DNA from: Candidatus Bathyarchaeota archaeon
GTDB lineage: Archaea > Thermoproteota > Bathyarchaeia > Bathyarchaeales > Bathycorpusculaceae
Assembly: GCA_963707955.1 (NCBI GenBank)
Contig: OY970176.1
Location: 448,001 to 512,000 of the forward strand
Length of the DNA: 64,000 bases
Direction: 5' to 3'
Shown: positions 10,416-20,455 of the stretch, one piece after another
Layout: each line of letters opens with the position of its first letter
How positions within the stretch are numbered: the first letter of the stretch is position 1
The notes under the pieces: generated by a model
What the model was told of the DNA's origin: nothing
The model's input: the letters and a program-made list of their open reading frames with translations, nothing else
Databases searched by the model: none
Made by a program: the position numbers and the translations under genes

Positions 10416-11018
10416 TTAGCCCTTCATCTTCTCAAGCATCTTCTCGAAAGTCCAGCGGATGCTTGACTTTAGCTCCCTTAAACGGTCTGAGTCGAAGTTT
10501 CTGATCACTATCTCGCGTATCACGTCGCCCTCTCGCACGATGTCGAAGCACAGAATCTTGTCAGGGGCCAGTTGACCAGATCTTGCAAGCTCGCTGTCCC
10601 TCTCCTGCATCTTCAGCAAAACCCTCTGGACGAAGAACTGGTTGAAAGGCGGTGTGTTGACGCTGAAGTCCTTGCCTTCGACAGGCACCACGTGCAGAGA
10701 ACCATCATCGACATAGAAGTCTGCGAGCACCTCTCCGTTGACGGACTTCAGCGTGCTGATGCTTTCAGGTTCCACTTCAGCCTCAATGGTGTCGTGCTCA
10801 ACCCCCACGGTTTCCTCCTTCTCTTCCGATAAAGAACCGGCGGCATCGGGCTTCGGCTCTATGTCTACGCGTCTGAACCCCTTTTCCAATAGTATCGAAT
10901 TTACGGTGTCAAGTATAGCTTTGGACTCTTTGAGCTCCGCTTCCAGTTCTTGAAGTCTCGTTTCGATTTTTTTCTTGAAATCGATAAGCCTCTTTACGTT
11001 TTCAGAATCTTGGGACAT
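10416..11018 (-). CDS. Hypothetical protein with N-terminal coiled coil
   Basis: 200-aa ORF with a heptad-rich N-terminus that fills the gap between genes. Confidence 0.75.
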   Translation of the reverse strand: MSQDSENVKRLIDFKKKIETRLQELEAELKESKAILDTVNSILLEKGFRRVDIEPKPDAAGSLSEEKEETVGVEHDTIEAEVEPESISTLKSVNGEVLADFYVDDGSLHVVPVEGKDFSVNTPPFNQFFVQRVLLKMQERDSELARSGQLAPDKILCFDIVREGDVIREIVIRNFDSDRLRELKSSIRWTFEKMLEKMKG

Positions 11019-11076
11019 CTGCCTTCACATGGATCATTGTGCAGGTTATCCCTTATCAAGTCTTTGAAACTTGAGT

Positions 11077-11574
11077 TCAAGCCACGGCTGCATCTTCGCA
11101 GCTACTCACGTTTACCGTTTGGCAAAAAAGGGGTGGAAGAGGTTCAACTCTGACCTTCAGCTCGCTTTGAAGAAACTTCTCAAATTCTTGAAACACTTGA
11201 CTGCCAGTGTTGTTCAATCTCACGCAGAGGTTCTTGCCCTTTGTCACTTGGCTCAAGTCATAGAGAGCTATGCTCTTGGATAGAGGTGGGTTTTCGCTGA
11301 TTGTTCTCACCAATTCTTCTGAGGGAGTCTGTGAGAACAGCCAAGCGGTGTAGGCGGCTTCAACAACGCGGTAGGACGTGCCTTCTCTAACCACGCATTT
11401 CCTGTCAAGTGCTATTCTCCTGAAGGAAGAAGGATGCACGTTTCTAGCCCATAGAAAATTATGATAGTTATCCTCCATTTCAACCCAGTCTTCGCTCTCA
11501 GAGGTTTTCCAGCCGAAGCGGACGCAGAAAAGTTTGAACTTGCCCAGTATTTCCCAAACTCTAGAGATCACCAT
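11077..11574 (-). CDS. Hypothetical protein
   Basis: Long ORF. ATG 11574 is preceded by GAGGAGGGT (the ORF track start is 11625). Confidence 0.7.
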   Translation of the reverse strand: MVISRVWEILGKFKLFCVRFGWKTSESEDWVEMEDNYHNFLWARNVHPSSFRRIALDRKCVVREGTSYRVVEAAYTAWLFSQTPSEELVRTISENPPLSKSIALYDLSQVTKGKNLCVRLNNTGSQVFQEFEKFLQSELKVRVEPLPPLFCQTVNVSSCEDAAVA

Positions 11575-11819
11575 ACTTTGCTGACCCTCCTCTTGAAGAA
11601 CGTTTTGGAACAATCTTCTATTCAACCGACCACAAATTTAAGCTTTTTGCCCCACCTATCCGCACAAATGAGCCTAGATTGCATGCATTTCCGAACATTT
11701 GTACCCCGATCGTTTCCTCAGCCCACAGATGTACGGCAAACGCTTTAGAAAGTTGACGGAGAAAAGTCTGAAAAACCTACAATTATCCGACGGCAAACGA
11801 TAAATTCACACGTGATCAC

Positions 11820-12347
11820 TTGGGTAGTGGAAGGAGCAGCGCGAAATTGAGGCACAAGAGCACCGCTTTATCCTTGGATGCCAAGGACTTGGAAATCTTG
11901 AAGGCTTTGCAGGAGGATTCGAGGCAGACTTACACTGCGATAGGTAAACGTGTGGGAATAGCCCATTCCACAGTGTATGACAGAGTGAGAAGAATGGAAC
12001 AGCAGAAAGTGATAAAGAATTACACGGCGCTCGTTGACCTTGAGAAGGCTGGAGTGAAAAAGATCATGGCGATCATGACTGTTTACACAGACCCTAAGGA
12101 GACAGAGAGAGTTGCGTCGAAACTGGCTCAGTCGCCCGAAGTTCTTGAGGTCTACACGTCGCTTTCAGATGAGCTGCTAATTATGGCAAAGGTTGTTGCT
12201 GCAAGTCAAGAGGGGCTTCACGCTTTCGTCGCCAATTCAGTTGCGCCTCTGAACGGCGTCTTGAGAATTCGCACGTCAATCATCACTAGGAAAGTCAAGG
12301 AAACTAGTCTTTTAATCAACGATTGTTTGGAAGGATTACACTTATAA
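11820..12347 (+). CDS. Lrp/AsnC family transcriptional regulator
   Basis: LDAKDLEILKALQEDSRQTYTAIGKRVGIAHSTVYDRVRRM helix-turn-helix plus RAM domain. Confidence 0.93.
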   Translation: MGSGRSSAKLRHKSTALSLDAKDLEILKALQEDSRQTYTAIGKRVGIAHSTVYDRVRRMEQQKVIKNYTALVDLEKAGVKKIMAIMTVYTDPKETERVASKLAQSPEVLEVYTSLSDELLIMAKVVAASQEGLHAFVANSVAPLNGVLRIRTSIITRKVKETSLLINDCLEGLHL

Positions 12348-12379
12348 ACTGAAACGCATGATATAAGTAAAGGAAGAAA

Positions 12380-12725
12380 ATGAGTTCAGAAACCAGTTCA
12401 AAGATTCTCAGAGCGGTCCCGAGGGAGAAGGCGTTCTACTTCTTCACTTCTATTGGCAACTACACTGGTACAAGTGCTGCGTCTTTGAAGGAATTCATGG
12501 AAAAAGTCAACGAGGTGAACGCCAAGGCATTGGAGTTTCACCTCTACCGAGCGGACTTTGAAAAGTGGATAGCTCAGGTCTTGGAGGACGCTTGGTTGGC
12601 GGGGGAGGTTAGAAGGGCTGCAGAAGTTCGGTCTGACGGGCGAACCCCTTAGGAACCAACTGTACCTCACTGTTTCGAGACGGTTCAAAAGATTAACGTC
12701 TCCACCAGGCTCAATTCAATTCTAG
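12380..12725 (+). CDS. DUF5752-like protein, +1 frameshift at ~12616
   Basis: KAFYFFTSIGNYTG..A.SLKEF...LEFHLYRADFEKWI. Removing one G from AGAAGGGCTG restores RRLQKFGLTGEPLRNQL...QF*. Confidence 0.7.
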
Positions 12726-12890
12726 AATCGGTTGCCCCTAGGATCTTCAACTTTCTCGGAAACCGGCACAATCATAAGTGCGCTGTTTGTGCTATCATTC
12801 TTCTTGTAATCAGGTATACGGTAGTTTCTGGCCCCGGCCGGGTCGTACTGCAGCTGAGCAATGCCGAATTCTGAGGGAAAATAGGGCAGT

Positions 12891-13188
12891 TTGCCCACTG
12901 CCACGCTAGCGCGCGCGCTAAACTATACGGGAGTAAGCGCGTCTTCTCTGAAAGAGTTCATGGAAAAAATAATGGAGGTTAACGTCAAATCCCTAGAGTT
13001 TCATCAGGGCCGTGGAGACTTCGAAAAATGGATAGCCAAGGTCTTGCAGGACGTCGACCTAAGCAGGTGAAATCAAGAGGCTGCAGAAACTAGGCTTGAC
13101 AGGCAACAGTCTTCGCGACGAACTGAGCTATACTGTCTCGAGGCGTTTCAAGCGACTGACGAGTCTATCTGCATCAAGCTGCTTCTAA
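12891..13188 (+). pseudogene. Second, 5'-truncated DUF5752-like paralog
   Basis: From 12921 it reads NYTGVSASSLKEFMEKIMEVNVKSLEFHQGRGDFEKWI, colinear with the 12380 gene. The N-terminal ~26 aa are missing and there is an extra A at ~13061. Confidence 0.7.
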
Positions 13189-14023
13189 GATACTTCAGTC
13201 TTTTGCTAACTGGATCAGGCTTGGCCTCAAGTGGACGAGTTAGTAACGTTGACTGCAGTTGAGAAGTTGTCGGAATGTTTGCAGCCAAGCTGGATATTGT
13301 TAGGTCTCCAGCGGCGCTAGGGTAGTATGCCATTTTGCTTCCATATGTTATGTCCCAAAGGCCCCCACCGCCATTGACAGCCTCATCAAGTGTTTCATTG
13401 TATGTGAGGAGGTTCGTCAATAGTTGTATGGTTTGACTGTCTGTGTCCGAATCTCCAACGTAACCATCCCAACCAATATATGCTTTAGCACCTTTATTGA
13501 TGAAGGCCTCCGCCAACTGCTCCTTTCCAAGAACCAAGGTGTTACAACCCATCGCGATGACGATGCTCTGTGGAAAGGTGCCCTCCAAACTGTCTATGAA
13601 CTTGGAAGTTATAGCAAAATAGTTCTTTACGCCATTTGAATAGTTAAGAAATCCCTCGACGAGAAGCTCATTTTGCTGGTCTTCGACGTAAGCTGAACTG
13701 TCGTACGGTTCTGATGTGAATAAATCTACAGTCGAGTTGTTGGGTTCTCTGAGCGCAGAATGGGCGCGCAGTATTATTATGCCGTAGTCGTTTTCGGCGA
13801 GTTTCCCGAAGAAATTAACATCTGTTTCGTTGTAGTACATGACTTTGAAGCCGTGATTTTCCAAGATTGTTTCAGCGTTGTTTACAAAAGTGGGGTTTGG
13901 AATTTCTTCTGCTAACTGGTCAACTATTGCGGCGTTAAGAGAAAAACGTGGTTGTGGCTTAGGGCGGAGGTATGAAACTGCGGAGGCTATGGATACTGCA
14001 AGAATCACAATCGTCAGGAGCAT
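13148..14023 (-). CDS. Secreted or membrane-anchored hypothetical protein
   Basis: N-terminal hydrophobic helix; IILRAHS, IAMGC and GAKAYIGW motifs with His/Cys spacing reminiscent of a caspase-hemoglobinase-type fold (inference). The start may lie further upstream. Confidence 0.7.
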   Translation of the reverse strand: MLLTIVILAVSIASAVSYLRPKPQPRFSLNAAIVDQLAEEIPNPTFVNNAETILENHGFKVMYYNETDVNFFGKLAENDYGIIILRAHSALREPNNSTVDLFTSEPYDSSAYVEDQQNELLVEGFLNYSNGVKNYFAITSKFIDSLEGTFPQSIVIAMGCNTLVLGKEQLAEAFINKGAKAYIGWDGYVGDSDTDSQTIQLLTNLLTYNETLDEAVNGGGGLWDITYGSKMAYYPSAAGDLTISSLAANIPTTSQLQSTLLTRPLEAKPDPVSKRLKYLRSSLMQIDSSVA

Positions 14024-14147
14024 GCCCAGTTGCTTCTTTGAAGGATTCCTTACTTGTTTCTCCTGGGGCTTTTTTCCAGTCTCAGTCGTTAATGAAAGAC
14101 CTCCTGTGGGAGTTGATCTGCGGTCTAAGAAAAATGAGGTGGCGAGC

Positions 14148-17100
14148 CTATTTTCTTTTGCGTTTTCTCATGCATAGCGCTGCACAGAATAATGCGACCA
14201 GTCCTATGTATGCTCCGAGATATGAGAGTGGTATCGGCTTCTTCATCGATATTGAGAGACCCCCTACCGAGACTGGTAGCACTACGATTTTTGCGGTTCC
14301 GCTTTGCATCGTTGAGTGGCCCTGGACTGCGTCGGTGACTTGTAGGTAGATGTAGTATGTCCCGCCTCTTGTGGGAATGAAGGTCCAGCTAGGTGATGTT
14401 GCGTTTGGAACGGGGTTGCCGTTCTCGTACCATTGATAGGTGTATGGCCCTGTTCCCCCACTGACAGTTGATGTGAATAATACTGGAGTGCCAACGGTTG
14501 TCGTGCAAGTCATGGGACTAATCGAAACTGTAAGCGGTTGGCCGGGTATCTGTGTGTAGTTTGCCGTTGCCGTGTGGGCTGCACTCATGCCGACCGTAAT
14601 GGGGTTTGTGTTACCCTGCGATGTTCCGTCGAGGTTCCAATTCGAGAAACTCCATCCCGAAACTGGGGGTGCGTTGAGGGTTACGTTTGTTGAAGCATCG
14701 TACCAGCCTTCCCCTGAAATCGCTGTTGTTCCCGGGGGATTTGACTCAACTATCAGGTAGTACTGCGTCTTCCAGTTCCATACAATTGTTGAAGCTTGAG
14801 TTATTGTGAAGGTAGTTGTGGCTCCTGATCCTGAGGTTGGAACGCTTCCAGTTCCGCTCCATCCTATGCACACGTGTTGCTTGCCAATGGATTCAGGTAC
14901 TGGTGAGGTCACATATTCCGTTATGCTCGCTCCTGCGTTGAACCATCTGCTTGCAGGTGTAGGCGAATCGTAGGGGGATCCGACAGTCAGGTAGTACTGA
15001 ATAACGTAATTGCCAACCATGCTGCCTGAAGCCGATATTGTTAACGTTCCACTTTGGGATGTTGAAAGGCCTGTTGTGTTGGTCCATGCATACGCTTTGC
15101 CGTTTGGAATGACTACCAACAGTGACTGGAAGGCGAATGTGTGTACTGTGTTGTTGTCCCACCAGAATGACTCTGGGAGAGTGTTAACCATGTAGTTCAC
15201 TCCGTCAATTACTGCGACGGTGTTCGTGAAGTCCGAGCCAACGCCTAACTGGCTGAAAGTCACGTTGTATTGCACTGCGTAAGTCGCTGTCACTGTCTTT
15301 GCTTCGTCAACAAACACTGTGGTGGGTGTTGCAAGGTAGTTGCTGATCTCAGTCATGTCGGCTGTTGTCCAGCCGTTGAACCTGTAGCGGGAGGAACCCA
15401 TCGTAATGGTCACGAAAGCATCAGTAGAGACGGTGGCGTTGCTTCCAGCGTCATACCAGCCTGCGCCTGAGGGAGAGGTCACTCCAGAAGGATTCGTAGC
15501 CATCGTCAGGTAATATTGAGTGTTGTAGTTGCCCGTTACGCTGCCCGATGTCGTAACCGTTATTGTGTCGTTCTGCAGTGTTGACAAGCCTGCCGTGCCT
15601 GTCCAAATATACTGTTTAGCGTTCGCAGTTACCACGAGCGGTGATTGGAAGGCAAAGGTGTGAGTTGAACCACTGTCCCACCAGAACGAAACTGGCAGAG
15701 TGTTCACGCCACCCAACCCATAGCTTGTTCCATCTATGATGACAACTGTGCCCGTAAAGTCAGGGCTGAGTCCGTTTTGGCTGAAGGTAACTTGGTATTT
15801 GATTCCCGTTGAATAGTTTCCCGTCACACTTCCAGAGGTTGTGACAGTCAAGGATCCGTTTTGAAGGACTGTCAACCCTGAAGTGGAGAACCAGTTGTAC
15901 TGCTCGCTTGCGCTTACGATCAGAGGTGAAGACAACGAGAAGGTGTGCACGGAGCCATTGTCCCACCAGAACGAAACTGGCAGAGCGCTTACGGCGTATG
16001 CGTTTGAATCAATTGTTACCACTGTTCCCGCGAAGTCGAAACCGACGCCTGACTGGCTAAAGGTTACTTGGTATTGAGTCTTGTAGTTGCCGACGACCGT
16101 CATTGGGTTCGTCACAGTTATTGGAGAAGACAGACCCGTGACGCCGATTAGAATGAATTGCTCTCCACTGTTTGAGCTGGAAACGTTGTTGTATGAATAG
16201 CTGATTGAGCTGCCGTTGTCAGCCCAGATTGAATAAGGCAGTTGCAGATAAGTTATGGGGTTACCGTTAACCGTGACGACCGCGCTAGAGGCCGAAGAGT
16301 CTAGACCCGTCTGATTAAACGTCACTTGATACTGAGTCTTCCAGCTCCACACTATGCTTGAGGGTGCGGTGATAGTGAAAGTCACGGATGACGCAGTGCC
16401 AGAAACAGGAACGCTTCCTGTCCCAGACCAGCCCTTACAAACGTACTGAACCCCAGAACCACCAGAAACTGGAGACGTGACAGACTCAGTGATGCCAGTA
16501 CCAGAATCAAACCAACCGCTCGAGGGAGAAGGTGAGTCGTGCAGAGAAGACACGGTCAAGTAGTACTGAGTCTTCCAGCTGGCCGTTTCTGTTATTGGGT
16601 TGTTCATTGTAACCGACTGGGATGCTGAGGAACCAGTGTATCCGCCAGTATCGCTGCTTGACCAAGCAGTGAAGACATACTGAGTTCCTGCGCCTCCTGA
16701 AACAGGAGTGGTCACGCTGAAGCTAGCCGTGAAGCCCGCATCGTACCAGCCTTGGCCGCTCGGAGAACCATAAGCAGAAGACACGGTCAAGTAGTACTGA
16801 GTCTTCCAAGTCCACGATATGGTTGAGGGTGCGGTGATAGCAAATGTCACGGATGTACCGCTGCCGGAGGCAGGGACGCTTCCCGTACCAGACCAACCTG
16901 TGCACACGTATTGAATGCCAGAACCACCAGAAACTGGCGAAGTGACCGAATCGGTTACGTTTGTGCCGGAGTCAAACCAGCCGCTCGCTGGAGTGGGCGA
17001 GTCGTACGGTGAAGAGACGGTCAAGTAGTACTGAGTCTTGTAGTTGCCAATTATGCTTCCGTAGGCTGCTACTGTTATAGAGCTGTTTTGCAGAGATGAT

Positions 17101-20100
17101 AGGCCAGTGGTGCTTGTCCAGACGTATTGTTCGGTGCTTGCACCTACGATGAGGGGGGATTGGAAAGAGAAGCTGTGGTTGGAACCTATGCCCCATAGGA
17201 ACGAAACTGGGAGTTGCGACTTGGAGTAGCTGGTGGAGTCGATGATGACCACTGTGCCCGTAAAGTCAGAGCTGACTCCCACTTGGTCAAACGTTATCTG
17301 ATTCTGTATCACGTAGTTTCCGACAACGCTTCCTGAAGAGGTTATTGTCAGTGTTCCGTTCTGCAGACTTGAGAGTCCGGACGTTGAATTCCAACTGTAC
17401 TGCCTGCTGCCCACCACCAAGGGTGAAGCAAAAGAGAAGCTGTGGTTGGAACCACTGTCCCACCAGTACGAAACGGTGAGACTGCTCACACTATAGTTAA
17501 CGTTGTCAACGCTTACCACTGTGCCCGAGAAGTCCGAGCCAACGCCACTTTCGCCAAACGTGACCTGATACTGAGTCTTCCAAGTCCACGATATGCTCGA
17601 TGGCGACCCGATAGTGAACGTAACAGAGGAAGCTGTTCCAGACGCTGGGGTACTTCCCGTACCAGACCAACCCGTGCACACGTGTTGAATGCCAGAACCA
17701 CCAGAAACGGGAGACGTAACCGATTCGGTTATACTCTTCCCAGAGTCAAACCAGCCACTCACAGGAGAGGGCGAATCGTACGGAGAAGACACCGTCAGGT
17801 AGTACTGAGTTTTCCAACTCCAAGTTATGGTTGAGGGTGCGGTGATAGCAAATGTCACGGATGTACCGCTGCCGGAGGCAGGGACGCTTCCCGTACCAGA
17901 CCACCCAGTGCAGACGTACTGAGTGCCAGAAGAACCAGGTGTGGGAGAGGTCACTGACTCGTTTATGCTCGTGCCAGAGTCAAACCAGCCACTCACAGGA
18001 GAGGGCGAATCGTACGGAGAGGTCACGGTCAGGTAGTACTGAGTCTTCCAAGTCCAAGCTATGGTTGAGGGTGCGGTGATAGTGAACGACGCAGATGAAC
18101 CAGTGCCAGACGCTGGAACGCTCCCAGAACCAGACCAGCCAGAACAGACGTACTGGGTGCCAGATGCGCCTGCCATGGGAGACGTAACCGAATCGGTCAC
18201 GTTTGTGCCGGAGTCAAACCAGCCGCTCGCTGGAGTGGGCGAGTCGTACGGTGAAGAGACGGTCAAGTAGTACTGAGTCTTGTAGTTGCCGGTTATGGTT
18301 GTGGGCCCTGTAACGGTGAGGGGTGAGGCTTGGCCGGTTATGCTTAAAAGCTTGAACTGCTTACCAGAGACGGAGCTTGTAATTGTGGAGCTGTAAACGT
18401 AGGTTACAGAGGTGCCGTTGTCGACCCACAAGGTGTAAGGCAGCGTTGAGAGTATCTGTGAGCTGCCGTTTACTGTTACGATGGTGCCGCTGGCTGTGGA
18501 ATCTAATCCTGTCTGTGCAAAGGTGACAGAGTATTGGACTATGTAGTTGCCTGTCACCGTCATGGGCCCTGAAACGGTGAAGGGCGAAGAATGGCCGCTG
18601 ACGGTGTTAAGCCTAAACTGCTTGCCGCCAGTCGAGCTTGAAACTGTGGAACTGTAAGAGTAGGTGACGGAACTGCCGCTGCTAATCCAGAGCGTGTATG
18701 GGAGACTGCTGAATGCCTGTGAGCTGCCGTTAACGGTCACCACGGTTCCCGTCGCAGATGAGTCTAGGCCTGTTTGAGCAAACGTGACTTGGTATTGTGT
18801 TACGTAATTGCCGTTAACGGTCACGGGTCCGGAAACGGTAATCGGCGAAGAGGGACCTGTGACGCCTGAAAGAGTGAACTGCTTACCAGAAACAGAGCTT
18901 GGGACGATGGAAGTGTAGGAGTAGGTAACTGAGGTGCCGCTGTCAACCCACAGTGTTAATGGCAATTGGGCGTAGGTTTCTGGACTGCTGTTCACTGTGG
19001 CGATGGTTCCAGTTGCGTCTGAGGACAATCCTGTTTGGTTAAATATTATTGAGTATTGCGTGACGTAGTGTGCTGTGGCCGTGTGGTTTGCGTTCATGGT
19101 CACTGTTATTGGGTTGTTTCCGCTGCCTTGTGAGGTTCCGTCGATGTCCCAGTAGGTAAACCTGTATCGGCTGGTAGTTGAAGCGTTCACGTATGTTGGA
19201 GCCGTCAAACTGACGTTTGTGCCACTTGAGTACTGACCTTGGCCAGGGATAGTTACGATACCGGTGGGGTTGGTTTTGACGCTTAGGTAGAATTGCTGAG
19301 TCGGTGGTGAACAGGGGATGGTTGCTATTATCGGTTGGCCTTCGTCGCTTTCGCCGGATTTGATGCCGTCTGCGTCTATCACGTAGGCTGATGCCGTGGG
19401 ATCCCAGTGCGGTTTTTGACCTTGTTCAAAATTGTAGGCCACAGTATATCCATTGATGTATCGACAGTACGTGTTTGTATTGTTTGGCCAGTATGCTACG
19501 TAAGATCCCCATTGTAACTTGAAGTAGACGTCCAAGCTGGACGGATGAATATCGAATTCTACGTTGGTTGCGTTGTTGAGGAGGATAGAGGCTGTGCTCC
19601 CTGGGTTTCGGTATTGTTCGGTTTCTTTTGGTTGTGTGCCACTGTCGTATTCTATCGTTACCCCTGGATTTCCTGACCTTGCAGGAATCGGGACCCATGC
19701 TGTGCCATTGTTATAGTAGACGGTTACTTGCACGTTTGGAATAGGGACTGTAAGTCCGCCAACAATGCCCTGGAAACATACTCTGAAGTTAACGTCTTCT
19801 TGTACTTGAACGACGGTTGCTGCAGTCGCTGTTTGACCTTCGTTGTCTGTGACAGTTAACTCTACTGTGTAGTTTCCGTCCACCGGATATGAATGTGTGA
19901 CTGTGGGACTTGTCACAGCAGTTACGTTTCCGTCTCCGAAGTCCCAAGTGTACTTTACTATTAAACCTGCTGGCGAATAGCTTGCAGACGCATCAAAAAC
20001 TATTGTATCGCCAGGATGAGGAATATCAGGTGTGTATGTAAAAATTGCCGCAGGCAGCGTCCCAGTTTGAGAAGGCCCATTAACGAGCGGGATCGCTAAA

Positions 20101-20192
20101 TTCTGGCTAATTTTCGATGCGAAAACGGATATTGACAATAAGAAAGCTAACACTAACATTAGCACTACGAAAACCTTGAGCATCCTCGCCAT
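14148..20192 (-). CDS. Giant Ser/Thr/Gly-rich surface protein: PKD domain, ~19 beta-sandwich repeats, C-terminal VGG motif + TM + basic tail
   Basis: Signal peptide; PKD core YTWDFGDG; recurrent YYLTVSSPYDSP..SGWFDSG and YQVTF.Q.G units; ends PVSVGG...TM-RKRKRK. Confidence 0.92.
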   Translation of the reverse strand: MARMLKVFVVLMLVLAFLLSISVFASKISQNLAIPLVNGPSQTGTLPAAIFTYTPDIPHPGDTIVFDASASYSPAGLIVKYTWDFGDGNVTAVTSPTVTHSYPVDGNYTVELTVTDNEGQTATAATVVQVQEDVNFRVCFQGIVGGLTVPIPNVQVTVYYNNGTAWVPIPARSGNPGVTIEYDSGTQPKETEQYRNPGSTASILLNNATNVEFDIHPSSLDVYFKLQWGSYVAYWPNNTNTYCRYINGYTVAYNFEQGQKPHWDPTASAYVIDADGIKSGESDEGQPIIATIPCSPPTQQFYLSVKTNPTGIVTIPGQGQYSSGTNVSLTAPTYVNASTTSRYRFTYWDIDGTSQGSGNNPITVTMNANHTATAHYVTQYSIIFNQTGLSSDATGTIATVNSSPETYAQLPLTLWVDSGTSVTYSYTSIVPSSVSGKQFTLSGVTGPSSPITVSGPVTVNGNYVTQYQVTFAQTGLDSSATGTVVTVNGSSQAFSSLPYTLWISSGSSVTYSYSSTVSSSTGGKQFRLNTVSGHSSPFTVSGPMTVTGNYIVQYSVTFAQTGLDSTASGTIVTVNGSSQILSTLPYTLWVDNGTSVTYVYSSTITSSVSGKQFKLLSITGQASPLTVTGPTTITGNYKTQYYLTVSSPYDSPTPASGWFDSGTNVTDSVTSPMAGASGTQYVCSGWSGSGSVPASGTGSSASFTITAPSTIAWTWKTQYYLTVTSPYDSPSPVSGWFDSGTSINESVTSPTPGSSGTQYVCTGWSGTGSVPASGSGTSVTFAITAPSTITWSWKTQYYLTVSSPYDSPSPVSGWFDSGKSITESVTSPVSGGSGIQHVCTGWSGTGSTPASGTASSVTFTIGSPSSISWTWKTQYQVTFGESGVGSDFSGTVVSVDNVNYSVSSLTVSYWWDSGSNHSFSFASPLVVGSRQYSWNSTSGLSSLQNGTLTITSSGSVVGNYVIQNQITFDQVGVSSDFTGTVVIIDSTSYSKSQLPVSFLWGIGSNHSFSFQSPLIVGASTEQYVWTSTTGLSSLQNSSITVAAYGSIIGNYKTQYYLTVSSPYDSPTPASGWFDSGTNVTDSVTSPVSGGSGIQYVCTGWSGTGSVPASGSGTSVTFAITAPSTISWTWKTQYYLTVSSAYGSPSGQGWYDAGFTASFSVTTPVSGGAGTQYVFTAWSSSDTGGYTGSSASQSVTMNNPITETASWKTQYYLTVSSLHDSPSPSSGWFDSGTGITESVTSPVSGGSGVQYVCKGWSGTGSVPVSGTASSVTFTITAPSSIVWSWKTQYQVTFNQTGLDSSASSAVVTVNGNPITYLQLPYSIWADNGSSISYSYNNVSSSNSGEQFILIGVTGLSSPITVTNPMTVVGNYKTQYQVTFSQSGVGFDFAGTVVTIDSNAYAVSALPVSFWWDNGSVHTFSLSSPLIVSASEQYNWFSTSGLTVLQNGSLTVTTSGSVTGNYSTGIKYQVTFSQNGLSPDFTGTVVIIDGTSYGLGGVNTLPVSFWWDSGSTHTFAFQSPLVVTANAKQYIWTGTAGLSTLQNDTITVTTSGSVTGNYNTQYYLTMATNPSGVTSPSGAGWYDAGSNATVSTDAFVTITMGSSRYRFNGWTTADMTEISNYLATPTTVFVDEAKTVTATYAVQYNVTFSQLGVGSDFTNTVAVIDGVNYMVNTLPESFWWDNNTVHTFAFQSLLVVIPNGKAYAWTNTTGLSTSQSGTLTISASGSMVGNYVIQYYLTVGSPYDSPTPASRWFNAGASITEYVTSPVPESIGKQHVCIGWSGTGSVPTSGSGATTTFTITQASTIVWNWKTQYYLIVESNPPGTTAISGEGWYDASTNVTLNAPPVSGWSFSNWNLDGTSQGNTNPITVGMSAAHTATANYTQIPGQPLTVSISPMTCTTTVGTPVLFTSTVSGGTGPYTYQWYENGNPVPNATSPSWTFIPTRGGTYYIYLQVTDAVQGHSTMQSGTAKIVVLPVSVGGLSISMKKPIPLSYLGAYIGLVALFCAALCMRKRKRK
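16818..16895 (+). repeat. 78-nt exact repeat, second copy at 17826-17903
   Basis: TATGGTTGAGGGTGCGG...CCGTACCAGACCA is identical in both copies. Confidence 0.9.
16957..17048 (+). repeat. 92-nt exact repeat, second copy at 18199-18290
   Basis: ACGTTTGTGCCGGAGTC...GTCTTGTAGTTGCC is identical in both copies. Confidence 0.9.
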
Positions 20193-20455
20193 GCTGCCCT
20201 TCTCCCTTCGGCACTGTATCTAACTACTGATTTCCATATAAGCCTTTAGGATCTTAGTTCTATATGGCGGAATAGTGTAGCAAACGATACAACGGCAGCG
20301 TCTAAAGCTTACTTTCATGAAAACCACGCGCTTTGCACTCGTCTTGTAGGGGAATACGATGGTGTTTTCAAGCATCGGGGCTGCTGTCGTTTGCAACTCA
20401 TAAGCTTGTTTTCTTGTGTGAGGCGTCGTAAGGCAAAATTTATTTACGTCAGCAA

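Noticed and set aside
14700-19300. Regularly spaced repeats suggesting a CRISPR array or a diversity-generating retroelement
   Set aside because: They are in-frame coding repeats of ~240-265 nt. There are no unique spacers, cas genes, reverse transcriptase or adenine-specific variation.
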